Part shown: in pieces, positions 20,518-29,584 of the stretch | Position numbering within the stretch: the first letter of the stretch is position 1 | How the letters are laid out: every line of letters starts with the position of its first letter | Source: an uncultured delta proteobacterium | Lineage (GTDB): Bacteria; Desulfobacterota; Binatia; UBA9968 | DNA: 64,000 nt | Reading direction: 5' to 3' | NCBI GenBank assembly: GCA_963804165.1 | Contig: CAWDPO010000016.1 | Location: forward strand, 32,001 to 96,000 | Made by a program: the position numbers and the translations under genes | The notes under the pieces: generated by a model | Database searches by the model: none | The model's input: the letters and a program-made list of their open reading frames with translations, nothing else | Told to the model about the DNA's origin: nothing

Positions 20518-21246
20518 TTACGGAAACAGCTCGCTTCTTCCGGTTGCCGGCTGGTGGTCCCAGCGCGCCTCCAGGCTGGCGAAATAATTCCACGCTCTCT
20601 GCGCGCGCCGCTCCAACGCGATCTCGCCGCCGAACGCGCGGCATTCTTCCTCACTGATGGTGCCGACTTCGCCGAGCGCCGCGGCTTGCCATGATTTTTT
20701 CGCGTCGTCTTCCAGCACCAGAGCGGCGTAAAGCACTTCCTGGAGATTTTTCCCGGCGACGACAATGCCGTGACCGCGCAGCAGGGCGGCGCGTTTGTCG
20801 GCGATCACTTTCAATAGAGCATCACCCCGGGCCGGGTTGGTGATGAGCTGTGCTTCCGGATAGAGCGGTACGCCGTCGCTAAAAATAGCTCCTTGCAGCG
20901 TGACCGGCTGAAATTTTCGCTTGGCGATGGCGTAGAGCGTCGCGTAAGGAGTATGCAGGTGCGCGACCGCAAGCGCGTCCGGGCGGGCGGCGTGAAGCGC
21001 GGTATGAATCGGCCACTCGACCGGCGGGCCTTGTTCGCCCTCGAGCGTCTTGCCACTCAGATCGCAAGGCACCATTTCCTCGGCGCGCAGGCTGCCTTTG
21101 TCCGAGCCCATGCCCGGCGTAATGAAGACGCGCTTCGCTTCCGGTTGATAGACGCTCACGTGACCAAAGACGCCGATCATCCCCTGCATCGCAAAGATGC
21201 GCGTGCAGGTGGCCAATTGTCCGCGCAACTCGTATTCGGTAGCCAT
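20518..21246 (-). CDS. Class II aldolase/adducin family protein
   Basis: FGHVS, PVEWPIHTALHAARPD, AHLH, LLRGHG. Confidence 0.9.
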   Translation of the reverse strand: MATEYELRGQLATCTRIFAMQGMIGVFGHVSVYQPEAKRVFITPGMGSDKGSLRAEEMVPCDLSGKTLEGEQGPPVEWPIHTALHAARPDALAVAHLHTPYATLYAIAKRKFQPVTLQGAIFSDGVPLYPEAQLITNPARGDALLKVIADKRAALLRGHGIVVAGKNLQEVLYAALVLEDDAKKSWQAAALGEVGTISEEECRAFGGEIALERRAQRAWNYFASLEARWDHQPATGRSELFP

Positions 21247-21250
21247 GGTG

Positions 21251-22360
21251 TTATCTCCTCTGGATTGCCTCTAGTTCTTTCTTGACCTCTTCGACGAGCT
21301 TTAACTGTAATAGCCTTTCCGGCGGGACGTCTTCTTTGAGCTGGAGTGGAATCCTGATGTCGTACTCTAAAAAATTCTTTATCCCTTCTGCGGTCGGCAG
21401 ACCGGGGACACCCGGCGACAACGCGCGCACGTAATTCTTCACTCCCTCGACGATCATCGAGCGGGTAGCGTTGCCGAGTTGGAGCCTTTTGATGCCGAGA
21501 TCGACCGCTTCCTGCGGTCTATCGCGGACGAACATCAGACCGCGCAGCGCGCCTTTGAGCCAGCGTTTGATCTGCCCCGAGTCGTCGCGAATTTTTCTTT
21601 CCGTGGTGACGAACCCTTGAAAGGGCATGGGAAAAAGATCGCCGAGAAAACCGAGCGACACGAGCCCTTCTTTTTGCGCGAAGACGAGTCCGCCGGGGTC
21701 CACCGTGGTCGCGTTCGCGGCGCCGGTTTTTACCGCCATCACCCGCGTATGGGTATCTGCGCCCATGGAAATCCTAATGATCTCTCGCGGCGCCACACCG
21801 CCGCGCTCGGCGAACATGGTCATGATGCGATCTTGCGTATCGCCAGGGCTGCCGATGGCGATCTTCTTACCCCTCAGATCGGCCGCGCCTCTGATAAGCG
21901 GATCCGCGACGAGATAAAAAGTCACCTTGTCGGCTTGAAACATGATCCCTTTGATAGGAGCGCCCTTGAGCGCCGCGCGCATCCCGCTGCCGCCGGCGCC
22001 GCTGAAGTCCACGTCACCGCTGAGCAGCGCTGCGATTGACAACGGGCCGGAGATGACTACGGTTTCGTTTTCAAGTCCTTCGTCTTTAAAGAAGCCTTTG
22101 GCGTCGGCGACGTAGATTGAAAGATAATTGAGATTGGCCTGGGGGATCGCGGTGCGGATTTTTTCGGCGTAGGCGAAGCTCACGCTCAGTGTGGAGATAA
22201 CAAGCGCGAAAACTACGCAGTTGATTTTTCTTTTACGAATTCCTCCCCCTCGACGGGGGAGGACTAAGGTGGGGGTGCCCGACCATTGCAATAGTGTGCG
22301 TAGCACCCCCATCCTGACCTTCCCCCGTCGAGGGGGAAGGTATGAATTCGGAGTCAGCAT
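21251..22360 (-). CDS. ABC substrate-binding protein, NMT1/SsuA-like (start uncertain, overlaps a palindromic repeat)
   Basis: Signal-like VVFALVISTLSVSFAYA, GFFKDEGLENE, ALLSGDVDF, LRGKKIAIGSPG. Confidence 0.8.
   Translation of the reverse strand: MLTPNSYLPPRRGKVRMGVLRTLLQWSGTPTLVLPRRGGGIRKRKINCVVFALVISTLSVSFAYAEKIRTAIPQANLNYLSIYVADAKGFFKDEGLENETVVISGPLSIAALLSGDVDFSGAGGSGMRAALKGAPIKGIMFQADKVTFYLVADPLIRGAADLRGKKIAIGSPGDTQDRIMTMFAERGGVAPREIIRISMGADTHTRVMAVKTGAANATTVDPGGLVFAQKEGLVSLGFLGDLFPMPFQGFVTTERKIRDDSGQIKRWLKGALRGLMFVRDRPQEAVDLGIKRLQLGNATRSMIVEGVKNYVRALSPGVPGLPTAEGIKNFLEYDIRIPLQLKEDVPPERLLQLKLVEEVKKELEAIQRR
22242..22340. repeat. REP-like palindrome (CCTCCCCC...GGGGGAGG type)
   Basis: CCTCCCCCTCGACGGGGGAGG..GGTGGGGGTG ... 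CACCCCCATCC..CCTTCCCCCGTCGAGGGGGAAGG. Confidence 0.8.
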
Positions 22361-22371
22361 GGTGATTGATG

Positions 22372-23178
22372 CTACGAAAAATACCGGTAGATGAGCCGCT
22401 TCGGGTGAATGATCGCCAGATACAAGGCGCGCAGTTTACCCGGAATGCCGCAGCGGGGCGTGAACAGATCCTTGAGCATCAGGCCGAGCGGAATCTTGTG
22501 TTTCGGGAATATCTGATCGCCGATGTTGCGCACACCGTACTTTTCTTTGCTCTCTTTTAGCACGTAGATCACGTTGCCACCGCCGGCTTCTTTTTCCCCG
22601 TAGATATAGCCGCCGACCGCTTCGGCCTGTTTCTTCGCCTTGTCCGAAATCTCCTCGGAAAACCCGAAATCGAGCGCGTCGACAGGACATGCCTGGACGC
22701 AGAACGGCTGCTTGTCCTCGCTGATACGGTCGCTGCACATGGTGCATTTGCTGGCTTTGCCGGTGATGTCGTTCTTGGTGATCACTTCCCAGGGGCAAGC
22801 GTGGATGCAGTATTCACAACCGATGCAAACGTCTTTGTTGATGACCACCGGGCCCTCTTCGTATTTCGTGATCGCCTCTACGGGGCACACGGCGGCACAG
22901 GCGGCGAAGTTGCAATGCATACAACTATTGCGCGCCCAGAGGGGTGAGAGCCCTTCGAGCACGGGCGGCTCCATGGTGATCCAATTCGTGTTGGATAATT
23001 CGTAGAGACTAGTGCGATCATGATCGTTCCAATCTTTGCACGCCTGCACACAGTGGCGGCAGCCGATGCACTTGGTCGCGTCGAACAGAATGCTGCGCGG
23101 CTTGCCGTCTATGAGCCGCCCCGTAGGAACTAGACTGCCGTATTGTTGAGTCAGAGTTTCAGTCGGATGAGTAGCCAT
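22372..23178 (-). CDS. 4Fe-4S dicluster electron-transfer subunit (FdnH/HybA-like)
   Basis: Four Cys clusters: CIGCRHCVQAC, CMHC..AACAAVCP, CIGCEYCIHACP, KCTMC...CVQACP. Confidence 0.92.
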   Translation of the reverse strand: MATHPTETLTQQYGSLVPTGRLIDGKPRSILFDATKCIGCRHCVQACKDWNDHDRTSLYELSNTNWITMEPPVLEGLSPLWARNSCMHCNFAACAAVCPVEAITKYEEGPVVINKDVCIGCEYCIHACPWEVITKNDITGKASKCTMCSDRISEDKQPFCVQACPVDALDFGFSEEISDKAKKQAEAVGGYIYGEKEAGGGNVIYVLKESKEKYGVRNIGDQIFPKHKIPLGLMLKDLFTPRCGIPGKLRALYLAIIHPKRLIYRYFS

Positions 23179-23396
23179 GCACCGTCCTTTTCAGAGTTAG
23201 AGAACAATCCTTCAGCGGTGGTTTATCACTTAACTTTTGCAGGCGTCAACTGGATTGCGACAGGAGAAGATCGAGGATCGAGGATTGAATATCGAACCCG
23301 GAGTCATCGTAGAATCGCACCCGCGGCGCTTGTTTTTTGTAAGCGGCAGCGACTAGCATGTGCGGCCATATCTAAAACGAAGAGGAGGAGGTTCAA

Positions 23397-24143
23397 ATGT
23401 CGTCAGGAACATGGCGTGGAACGGTCGGTGTCGTAAAGCCGACTTACGGCTCCGGCTCGCTCGTGGAGTTCATTCGGCTTTTGCCTGAAGGCGTCGGTTG
23501 TATTCCGATGTACGCCGGTATCAAAGAGCATTCGGAGCGTGGCTATCTCGGCGCACTGGAAAACTACAACGCGAAAGTGGCCGAGCTCGCGGAGATCGGT
23601 GTCGATCTGATGCACCCCGAGGGCGGCCCGCCGTTCATGGTGCGCGGCTACAAGGCGGAACAGGAGATCGTCGACGGCTGGGAAGCCAAGTACAAGGTTC
23701 CCATCTTCACGTCGGGGATGTCGCAGGCGGAAGCGCTGCGCGCGCTCGGTATCAAGAAATTCGTCGGCTGCACTTATTTTAACGACAGCAAACTCAACGC
23801 TCTTTTTGCGCAATATTTCACCGACGCGGGCTTCGAAGTGCTCGGGATGGAAGGGATGGATACGACGCCATACGAAGCGGACAAAATCTCAACGGACACG
23901 ATCTACCAGCATCTCAAAGCGTCATTCAACAAACATTCCGGGGCGCAAGGAATTTACTTACTCGGTTCCGGAGCCTGGCAAGTGAAGGATATTGTCGACG
24001 TGGAAAACGATCTCGGTGTTCCCGTCGTTCATCCCGTCGCCGCGCGGGTGTGGCTGGTGCAGAAGAAGTTGCGAGTGAGAAATCCGATAAAGGGCGCGAG
24101 CCGATTGTTAGAAGAGTTGCCTTGGATGTGCAATGACCGCTGA
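23397..24143 (+). CDS. Maleate cis-trans isomerase/arylmalonate decarboxylase family protein
   Basis: VGVVKPT, ALRALGIKK, YFTDAGFEV, DLGVPVV; Asp/Glu racemase-like fold. Confidence 0.7.
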   Translation: MSSGTWRGTVGVVKPTYGSGSLVEFIRLLPEGVGCIPMYAGIKEHSERGYLGALENYNAKVAELAEIGVDLMHPEGGPPFMVRGYKAEQEIVDGWEAKYKVPIFTSGMSQAEALRALGIKKFVGCTYFNDSKLNALFAQYFTDAGFEVLGMEGMDTTPYEADKISTDTIYQHLKASFNKHSGAQGIYLLGSGAWQVKDIVDVENDLGVPVVHPVAARVWLVQKKLRVRNPIKGASRLLEELPWMCNDR

Positions 24144-24157
24144 TGATTCGCTAATTT

Positions 24158-26047
24158 CTAATCTAACTGGCTCCACTCGGTGAACTCTTCCAGGCCGAGT
24201 TTTTCCAGCGTGTCTTTGTACGGTCTTCCCGTGCGCTCGTGCCTGCCGGAGAGTTTGTAGTATTCCCAGATCATGTCCGGTAGCCACTTCGCAATGGTGA
24301 AGCCCTGGTATTTTCCATCGGGGATCGGTTCCAAAAATCTCGGGCCTACGTCTTGCCAGTCGAAGTCGGCGATCCAGCCGCGCTGGGTGCCGAACATGCT
24401 TTGCAAGATCATGCTGCGATGACCGGCGGCGAGCGCATCCTCCATGGTGAAATTCCAGCCGGTGATGGCGTTGAAGGCGTCGACGATGCTGTTGAGCCCA
24501 TCTTTCTTGTGACTCTCTTGAGCGAACCAGCAGCCGCCGAAGATGCCGGTGAATTGCCGATACTGCTCGGAGAGGACGTGGGACCAAACCCATCCTTCCG
24601 GCTGATCCATTTCGAGCGGGCCCCATTTTTCATTCTCGCGCAAATCGGGCGGAGGATTTTTTGAACCACCGCCTTGCGGTTTCATGCCGCCGCTGGCGAC
24701 GAGCTCGCGCAGCATCTGGCCGAGCAGCGGGCGCCACTCGTGCATCGCCGGCGTGCCGCCTTTGGTGTGCACCGCCCATTTCGGTGCGTCGCCGCCGAGC
24801 GCTTCAGCGAGCTGCTTGGGACCCTCAGCCAGTAAATTGCCGAGCCAGCCTTCGCGGCGCGCCGCCATGTCCAGAAGTTTGTCGACAGCGTCGACGTTGC
24901 CCCATTCCAGTTTCAAGCCGTTGGTCCGGTCCGCACCGAGCAATCCTTTTTCCCACGCTTCGAACGCGACGCCGGCGCCGCAGGAAAAATGGCTGCACTC
25001 GATTCCCAAATTGTTGATCTTCTCAGCCAAGTAAAGCACGGCGTTACCTTTGATGCCGAGATTGAAGAACGTATCGAGCCATTCGCCGCCGGCATTGAAG
25101 TGCACCACGGTGCCTTTGAATTCGCCTTCGCCGAGCTTGGCGTCCCACGGGCACATGCGCGCGCATTGAAAGCATGGACGGAGCACGACTTCGTTTTGAT
25201 CGAAGCCCTTGATATGCGCGGGTTGAATGTCGGTGCTGCGCCAATTGAGGTTGTTTAGCGCGCCCCAGGCGTCGCCGTGGCCGTATTTGGTTTTCTTTTT
25301 CTTGACGTCGTGCTGCTGCAAGACGTTGCGCCAGCGCAAGCCGGCGTCCGCCAGTTTCGCTTTGTTGCGGTAGCTCGGCCGCAGCGTGCCGGAGACCACG
25401 ATGGCTTTAAGTTTCTTCGAGCCGAGCACGGCGCCGCCGCTGTGCGCGGCGAAATGATTGTAATCGTTGGCCAGCATTGCGGCGCGGTTCAGATTCTCTC
25501 CCGCGGGGCCGATGCACAGCACTCTTGCGTCGCGGTTGCCGACGATCTCGCGCAACCGATCTTCGGTGTCGCGAGTACCGACGCCCCAGACTTGCGCTGC
25601 GTCGCGCAATTCGGGCTTGCCGTCTTTGATGTAGAGATAGACTGGTTTGGGCGACGCGCCGTTGAGGATGATACCGTCATAGCCGGCGGCTTTGAGATAC
25701 GTTCCCCAATAGCCGCTGGTCGCGCCCCGTCCCAATGTCGTGTTGGTCAGCGGGCTCAAGTAGACCGCCGTCATCTTGGTGCCGCCGGGCGTGAAACCAT
25801 TGCCGGTGAGCGGCCCGGTCATCATGACGATGACGTTCTCCGGCCCGAACGGCGTGGCATTGAGCGGCAACTCGTTCATCAAAATGTATAAACCCAACGC
25901 TTGCCCGCCGATGAATTTTCTCAAGATCGGTTCTTCGGGCAAATTCTCATCTTTAAATGTTCCAGTTGTGAGGTTGACGCGGAGAATTTTGCCCATGTAG
26001 CCGCCCGGCAATGGGGTTGTGCGCTGCGTCGGAAACAAGTTCATCAT
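24158..26047 (-). CDS. Aldehyde:ferredoxin oxidoreductase (AOR/WOR) family, copy 2
   Basis: Intact 629-aa paralog with GYMGKILRVNLT, CIGPAGENL, GSKKLKAI, CFQCARMC, GGCWF. Confidence 0.9.
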   Translation of the reverse strand: MMNLFPTQRTTPLPGGYMGKILRVNLTTGTFKDENLPEEPILRKFIGGQALGLYILMNELPLNATPFGPENVIVMMTGPLTGNGFTPGGTKMTAVYLSPLTNTTLGRGATSGYWGTYLKAAGYDGIILNGASPKPVYLYIKDGKPELRDAAQVWGVGTRDTEDRLREIVGNRDARVLCIGPAGENLNRAAMLANDYNHFAAHSGGAVLGSKKLKAIVVSGTLRPSYRNKAKLADAGLRWRNVLQQHDVKKKKTKYGHGDAWGALNNLNWRSTDIQPAHIKGFDQNEVVLRPCFQCARMCPWDAKLGEGEFKGTVVHFNAGGEWLDTFFNLGIKGNAVLYLAEKINNLGIECSHFSCGAGVAFEAWEKGLLGADRTNGLKLEWGNVDAVDKLLDMAARREGWLGNLLAEGPKQLAEALGGDAPKWAVHTKGGTPAMHEWRPLLGQMLRELVASGGMKPQGGGSKNPPPDLRENEKWGPLEMDQPEGWVWSHVLSEQYRQFTGIFGGCWFAQESHKKDGLNSIVDAFNAITGWNFTMEDALAAGHRSMILQSMFGTQRGWIADFDWQDVGPRFLEPIPDGKYQGFTIAKWLPDMIWEYYKLSGRHERTGRPYKDTLEKLGLEEFTEWSQLD

Positions 26048-26072
26048 GGTTGCCTCTTTGAGCCGTTCGCTC

Positions 26073-26108
26073 GTTCAAGTCGTTCAAAACGTTCAAGCCG
26101 TTCAAATC
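26073..26108. repeat. 9-bp tandem repeat, single arm
   Basis: GTTCAAGTC GTTCAAAAC GTTCAAGCC GTTCAAATC. Confidence 0.8.
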
Positions 26109-26132
26109 GCTAAGAGCAGATCAATTCAAAAT

Positions 26133-27131
26133 TCACCGCGCGCTCAAGATTGCGCGCATCTCATCGCCTGCGGCACTGTACTCTTTAGCCAAGCGTGGGT
26201 CGCTGGCGAAGAGTTTTACATTGCGCAGGGAGAAGACTTGCGGATCGACGTCGCGGTGACTAGGAATTCGCCCTTGTTCACGTAACATGCGCTGTCCCTC
26301 TACGGAGAGAATGAAACTCATCAAAAGCTTACCGGCGCTGGGATGGGGCGCGGCTTTCATCAGCGCGATCGGATGAACGTAGGTAATCACCGGTTCGTCG
26401 AAGACATATTGGACGGGGCCGCCCTGGCCTTTGATGCGCGCGGCGATGTGTGCGTAGGTATTGGTCACCGCATGAAACTCACCGGCGGCTAGAAGTTGCG
26501 CCGCGATGTTATGGCCGTCGCGCACACCCGGCTGCTGGGCAGCGAGCGCCTTCAAAAAGTTGCGCGCTTTTTCTTTGCCCCAGCGCCGCTGCAGGTTGAC
26601 GTACCACTCCGGGTCTTGGACGTTGACTCCGAGTCGGCCTTTCCAGCGCGGCGCGAGCAGATCCTCGTACTTCTTGGGCGCCTCATTGGGGCGCACGAGC
26701 TGTGTGTTGTAGGCCATCGAATTGAGCAGCGAATGAACGTTGACCCAGTGACCGTCCGGATCTTTGAAGCCTTCATTGTAGGACGATGCTTCGGGCGGCA
26801 CGAAGCGCTGCGTCAGTCCCGATTCCTTCAGCAGCTGGACTTGAAAGCCAGCGGAAGTGACGACATCGACGGCGAAGCGGCCGGCTTTCGACTCGGTGAC
26901 CGCGCGCTGCAGAACTCGATCGCTCGTGCCACGATAAAACGACGGCTTGATGTTCGGATACTTTTTCTTGAAGGCGTCGATCAACGTGACGATCTGCTCG
27001 TTGTTGAGCGAGCTATAGAGCACCACTTCACCTTCGGTCTTGGCGGACTCTTCGAGGGTCGCAGCGTCTAAAACCTTTGGGAATAAGACCCACAGGACAA
27101 ATAGGACAAATCGCCGTTTCATGTTAGGCAT
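26133..27131 (-). CDS. Extracellular solute-binding protein (Fe3+/thiamine class)
   Basis: Signal peptide, EGEVVLYSS, YNTQLV, YEDLLAPRWKG, APHPSAGKL. Confidence 0.85.
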   Translation of the reverse strand: MPNMKRRFVLFVLWVLFPKVLDAATLEESAKTEGEVVLYSSLNNEQIVTLIDAFKKKYPNIKPSFYRGTSDRVLQRAVTESKAGRFAVDVVTSAGFQVQLLKESGLTQRFVPPEASSYNEGFKDPDGHWVNVHSLLNSMAYNTQLVRPNEAPKKYEDLLAPRWKGRLGVNVQDPEWYVNLQRRWGKEKARNFLKALAAQQPGVRDGHNIAAQLLAAGEFHAVTNTYAHIAARIKGQGGPVQYVFDEPVITYVHPIALMKAAPHPSAGKLLMSFILSVEGQRMLREQGRIPSHRDVDPQVFSLRNVKLFASDPRLAKEYSAAGDEMRAILSAR

Positions 27132-28104
27132 GGCCGATGAAGAGTTCGTCCATCGGCAGCATCGTTTTCATCAGACCTTGCTCGATCTGGTAGCGGTTCA
27201 TTGCCGCTAGCGTGCGTTTTTCATTTTCGCCCATCATATAGGCGTAGGGATCTTCGCCGAGCACGTCGCGCTCTTTTTGGTAGCCGGAAATTTCGTCGCC
27301 GGACATGTACTGCGTGGCGACATCGCGTGCTTCCATGAAGGCGCGCGTCAGTTTCGCCGGCAGATCAGGATGGCGCGCGACCACTTCTCGCCGGATCGAC
27401 AGCACGTGCATGATCGGGTTGATGCCGGTCTTTTTCACGTAATCGATGATCTCCTGATTGTCATCGAAGAGCGGTTTTACACCCGGATATTCGGACATCA
27501 TTTTCGGCGTCTCGCCGCCGCCGAAGAAGCCCGCATATCCATTGTCGCCCGGCACCACGGCGCCGTGCAATTCCCCTTCGTTCAACATTTTTGAAAGCAC
27601 GATTTTCTCTCCGCCGAAGGGAGGCGGCGGCTCGATGCGCTGCACTTTGACCGGCAGCTCGTGGCCGATGAAAACTTCGCGGCCGGAAACAAACCACTGC
27701 ATGTCGGTGGTTTTGATGTTATGCGCGTCGAGTAAATAACCGCGTGCCCAGACGACGGCGGTGGCGCCGTAGCGGAAGCAGCCGAACTTTTTGCCGCGCA
27801 ATTCAGAGGGATGCTTGAGCCTGCCTTCGCAGTGATAGATATTGCGCTGGCGCGGACCGCGCTCGAAGAAGACCGGAATCGCGAGCAGTTGTTGTCCTTT
27901 CTCGATGGCGCGTAGCAGGCTTGCTGCGGAGACTTCGCCCACGTCCCATTCGCCGTGCAGATACTTGTAATGGCGCTCGCCGGAGGAGACAAAGTGAGGA
28001 TCGACGTCGAGTTCATAGCCCTCGATGCCGACTTTGCCGTCGATAATCGCCTGGCAGCGCGGATGGTCGGGTAGACCTAATGTGATTTTAGGTTTGTTGG
28101 ACAT
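27124..28104 (-). CDS. 4,5-dihydroxyphthalate decarboxylase-like protein (PBP fold)
   Basis: AIIDGKVGIEG, WDVGEVS, AIPVF, TAVVWARGYL, PIMHVLSIRR, YQIEQGL. Confidence 0.75.
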   Translation of the reverse strand: MSNKPKITLGLPDHPRCQAIIDGKVGIEGYELDVDPHFVSSGERHYKYLHGEWDVGEVSAASLLRAIEKGQQLLAIPVFFERGPRQRNIYHCEGRLKHPSELRGKKFGCFRYGATAVVWARGYLLDAHNIKTTDMQWFVSGREVFIGHELPVKVQRIEPPPPFGGEKIVLSKMLNEGELHGAVVPGDNGYAGFFGGGETPKMMSEYPGVKPLFDDNQEIIDYVKKTGINPIMHVLSIRREVVARHPDLPAKLTRAFMEARDVATQYMSGDEISGYQKERDVLGEDPYAYMMGENEKRTLAAMNRYQIEQGLMKTMLPMDELFIGHA

Positions 28105-28139
28105 GGCAAGTTCCTTTCAACATGGCAGAAATTATTCTC

Positions 28140-28286
28140 GTTCAAGCCGTTCAAAACGTTTCAATCGCTTGCGGTCGGTTCAAGCCCCCATCTGTTCCTC
28201 CCCCACGTCGTGGGGGAGGATGAAAGGAGGCCGGTTTGAACCTCCGTGACGGTTTGAACGACTTGAACGATTTGAACGGCTTGAAC
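28140..28286. repeat. 9-bp periodic palindrome with a nested CCTCCCCC/GGGGGAGG element
   Basis: GTTCAA units on the left, TTGAAC units on the right, CCTCCCCCACGTCGTGGGGGAGG in the loop. Confidence 0.8.
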
Positions 28287-28295
28287 TCTTCTCTC

Positions 28296-29360
28296 CTATC
28301 TAGCTCCCCCGAAGATCTCCCGATAGCGATTGCCAATCGCTTGATAGCGTCTTCCTATATCGAAAATATCCGGCGTACGCACGTCCTGTCCCTCTAAAAT
28401 CTGGCTCTCGGGCGACTTGACCTTGGCGTTCGCGGGCATGCGATTCGTGGTCACGACGATTTTCTGTCCTTCCTCGGATAACAAATAGTCGATGAACAAC
28501 GCGCCGGTATAAGGGTGCGGGGCGGTGGCGTTCATGAAGACGAGGCTCGGACTCAAGAAGTACGGCTGGATCGGTGCGAAAGAGAGCGGCGCTCCCTGTT
28601 TGCTCAGCGTGAGCACGGAATTCAAATTCGTCTCCACCGCCATATCGAATTCCCCCGCGGCAACGAGTTGTGTCATGAGACGCCGGCCGCGCTGGTGCGA
28701 GATATTCTGCTCGTTCAGCCGTCTCATAAATCGCAATCCCGCCTCCTCGCCGAGATGCTGCATCATCGTACCGAACCAAACATAGGACTGGCTGTCCATG
28801 GTCAGCTTGCCCTTCCAGCGCGGCTTTAACAGATCTTCGGCCGTGCGCGGCGCGTCTTCTTTCTTGACCTGGCGCGTGTTGTAGGCGCTGACCATGACGT
28901 TGGTCATGTACGCCGTCCATAGCCCGTCTTTGTCTTTTAAGCCGTCGCGGAAAAATTCTCTTTCGGGCGAGCGGTAACGCATGGCGATCTTCTTGTCGAT
29001 CAGAGCCAAGACGCCGAGCTGTCCGCTCAGGACGACGTCGGAGATCGGCTTTCCCGCGCGCGCTTCGGAGTCGAGTCGAGTGATGATCGCCGCGCCGGAA
29101 AAATGCACGCTCGTCGCCTTTGCGCCGGGATGGCGTTTCATGAAGCCGTCGGTCAGTGGTTTCATTGCCGAGACATCCATGTTGGCGTAGATCACCGCTT
29201 CGCCTTCGTTTTTTGCGGCTTCGTATAGACGTTGCAGGCGTTCTTGCGACGCGAGTTTTTCCAGAGCCGCGAGTTTGGATTCCGCCGTTTGCGCGCGCAC
29301 CGCGATTGGCCACAGCAACGGTAGTGCGAGCGCCAGAGAAGCAATAAATTTTCGCGGCAT
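28296..29360 (-). CDS. Extracellular solute-binding protein (Fe3+/thiamine class)
   Basis: Signal peptide, AKNEGEAVIY, AYNTRQV, DLLKPRWKG, APHPYTG. Confidence 0.85.
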   Translation of the reverse strand: MPRKFIASLALALPLLWPIAVRAQTAESKLAALEKLASQERLQRLYEAAKNEGEAVIYANMDVSAMKPLTDGFMKRHPGAKATSVHFSGAAIITRLDSEARAGKPISDVVLSGQLGVLALIDKKIAMRYRSPEREFFRDGLKDKDGLWTAYMTNVMVSAYNTRQVKKEDAPRTAEDLLKPRWKGKLTMDSQSYVWFGTMMQHLGEEAGLRFMRRLNEQNISHQRGRRLMTQLVAAGEFDMAVETNLNSVLTLSKQGAPLSFAPIQPYFLSPSLVFMNATAPHPYTGALFIDYLLSEEGQKIVVTTNRMPANAKVKSPESQILEGQDVRTPDIFDIGRRYQAIGNRYREIFGGAR

Positions 29361-29422
29361 CGGCAAAACTCCTTGTTCAATCGCTAAGGGTTGATTCCCC
29401 ATGGCTCGCTACGTTTGAAGTC

Positions 29423-29515
29423 CGTCATTCCCGCATGCTTTAAGCGGTGGTTCGACTCAGCTCACCACAGGCGAGTCCGAATCTGGACCCCCGATAAAAA
29501 CATTCGGGGGTGACG
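29423..29515. repeat. Composite REP-like element
   Basis: GTCATTCCCGCA..GCGG and ACCCCCGA..TCGGGGGTGACG ends enclosing TGGTTCGACTCAGCTCACCA. Confidence 0.65.
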
Positions 29516-29584
29516 GAATCGAAATCGTTTGCACGATGTGCTGTCGATACGCCCAGGTTGTGCGATGGTAGTTCATTAAAGCTT

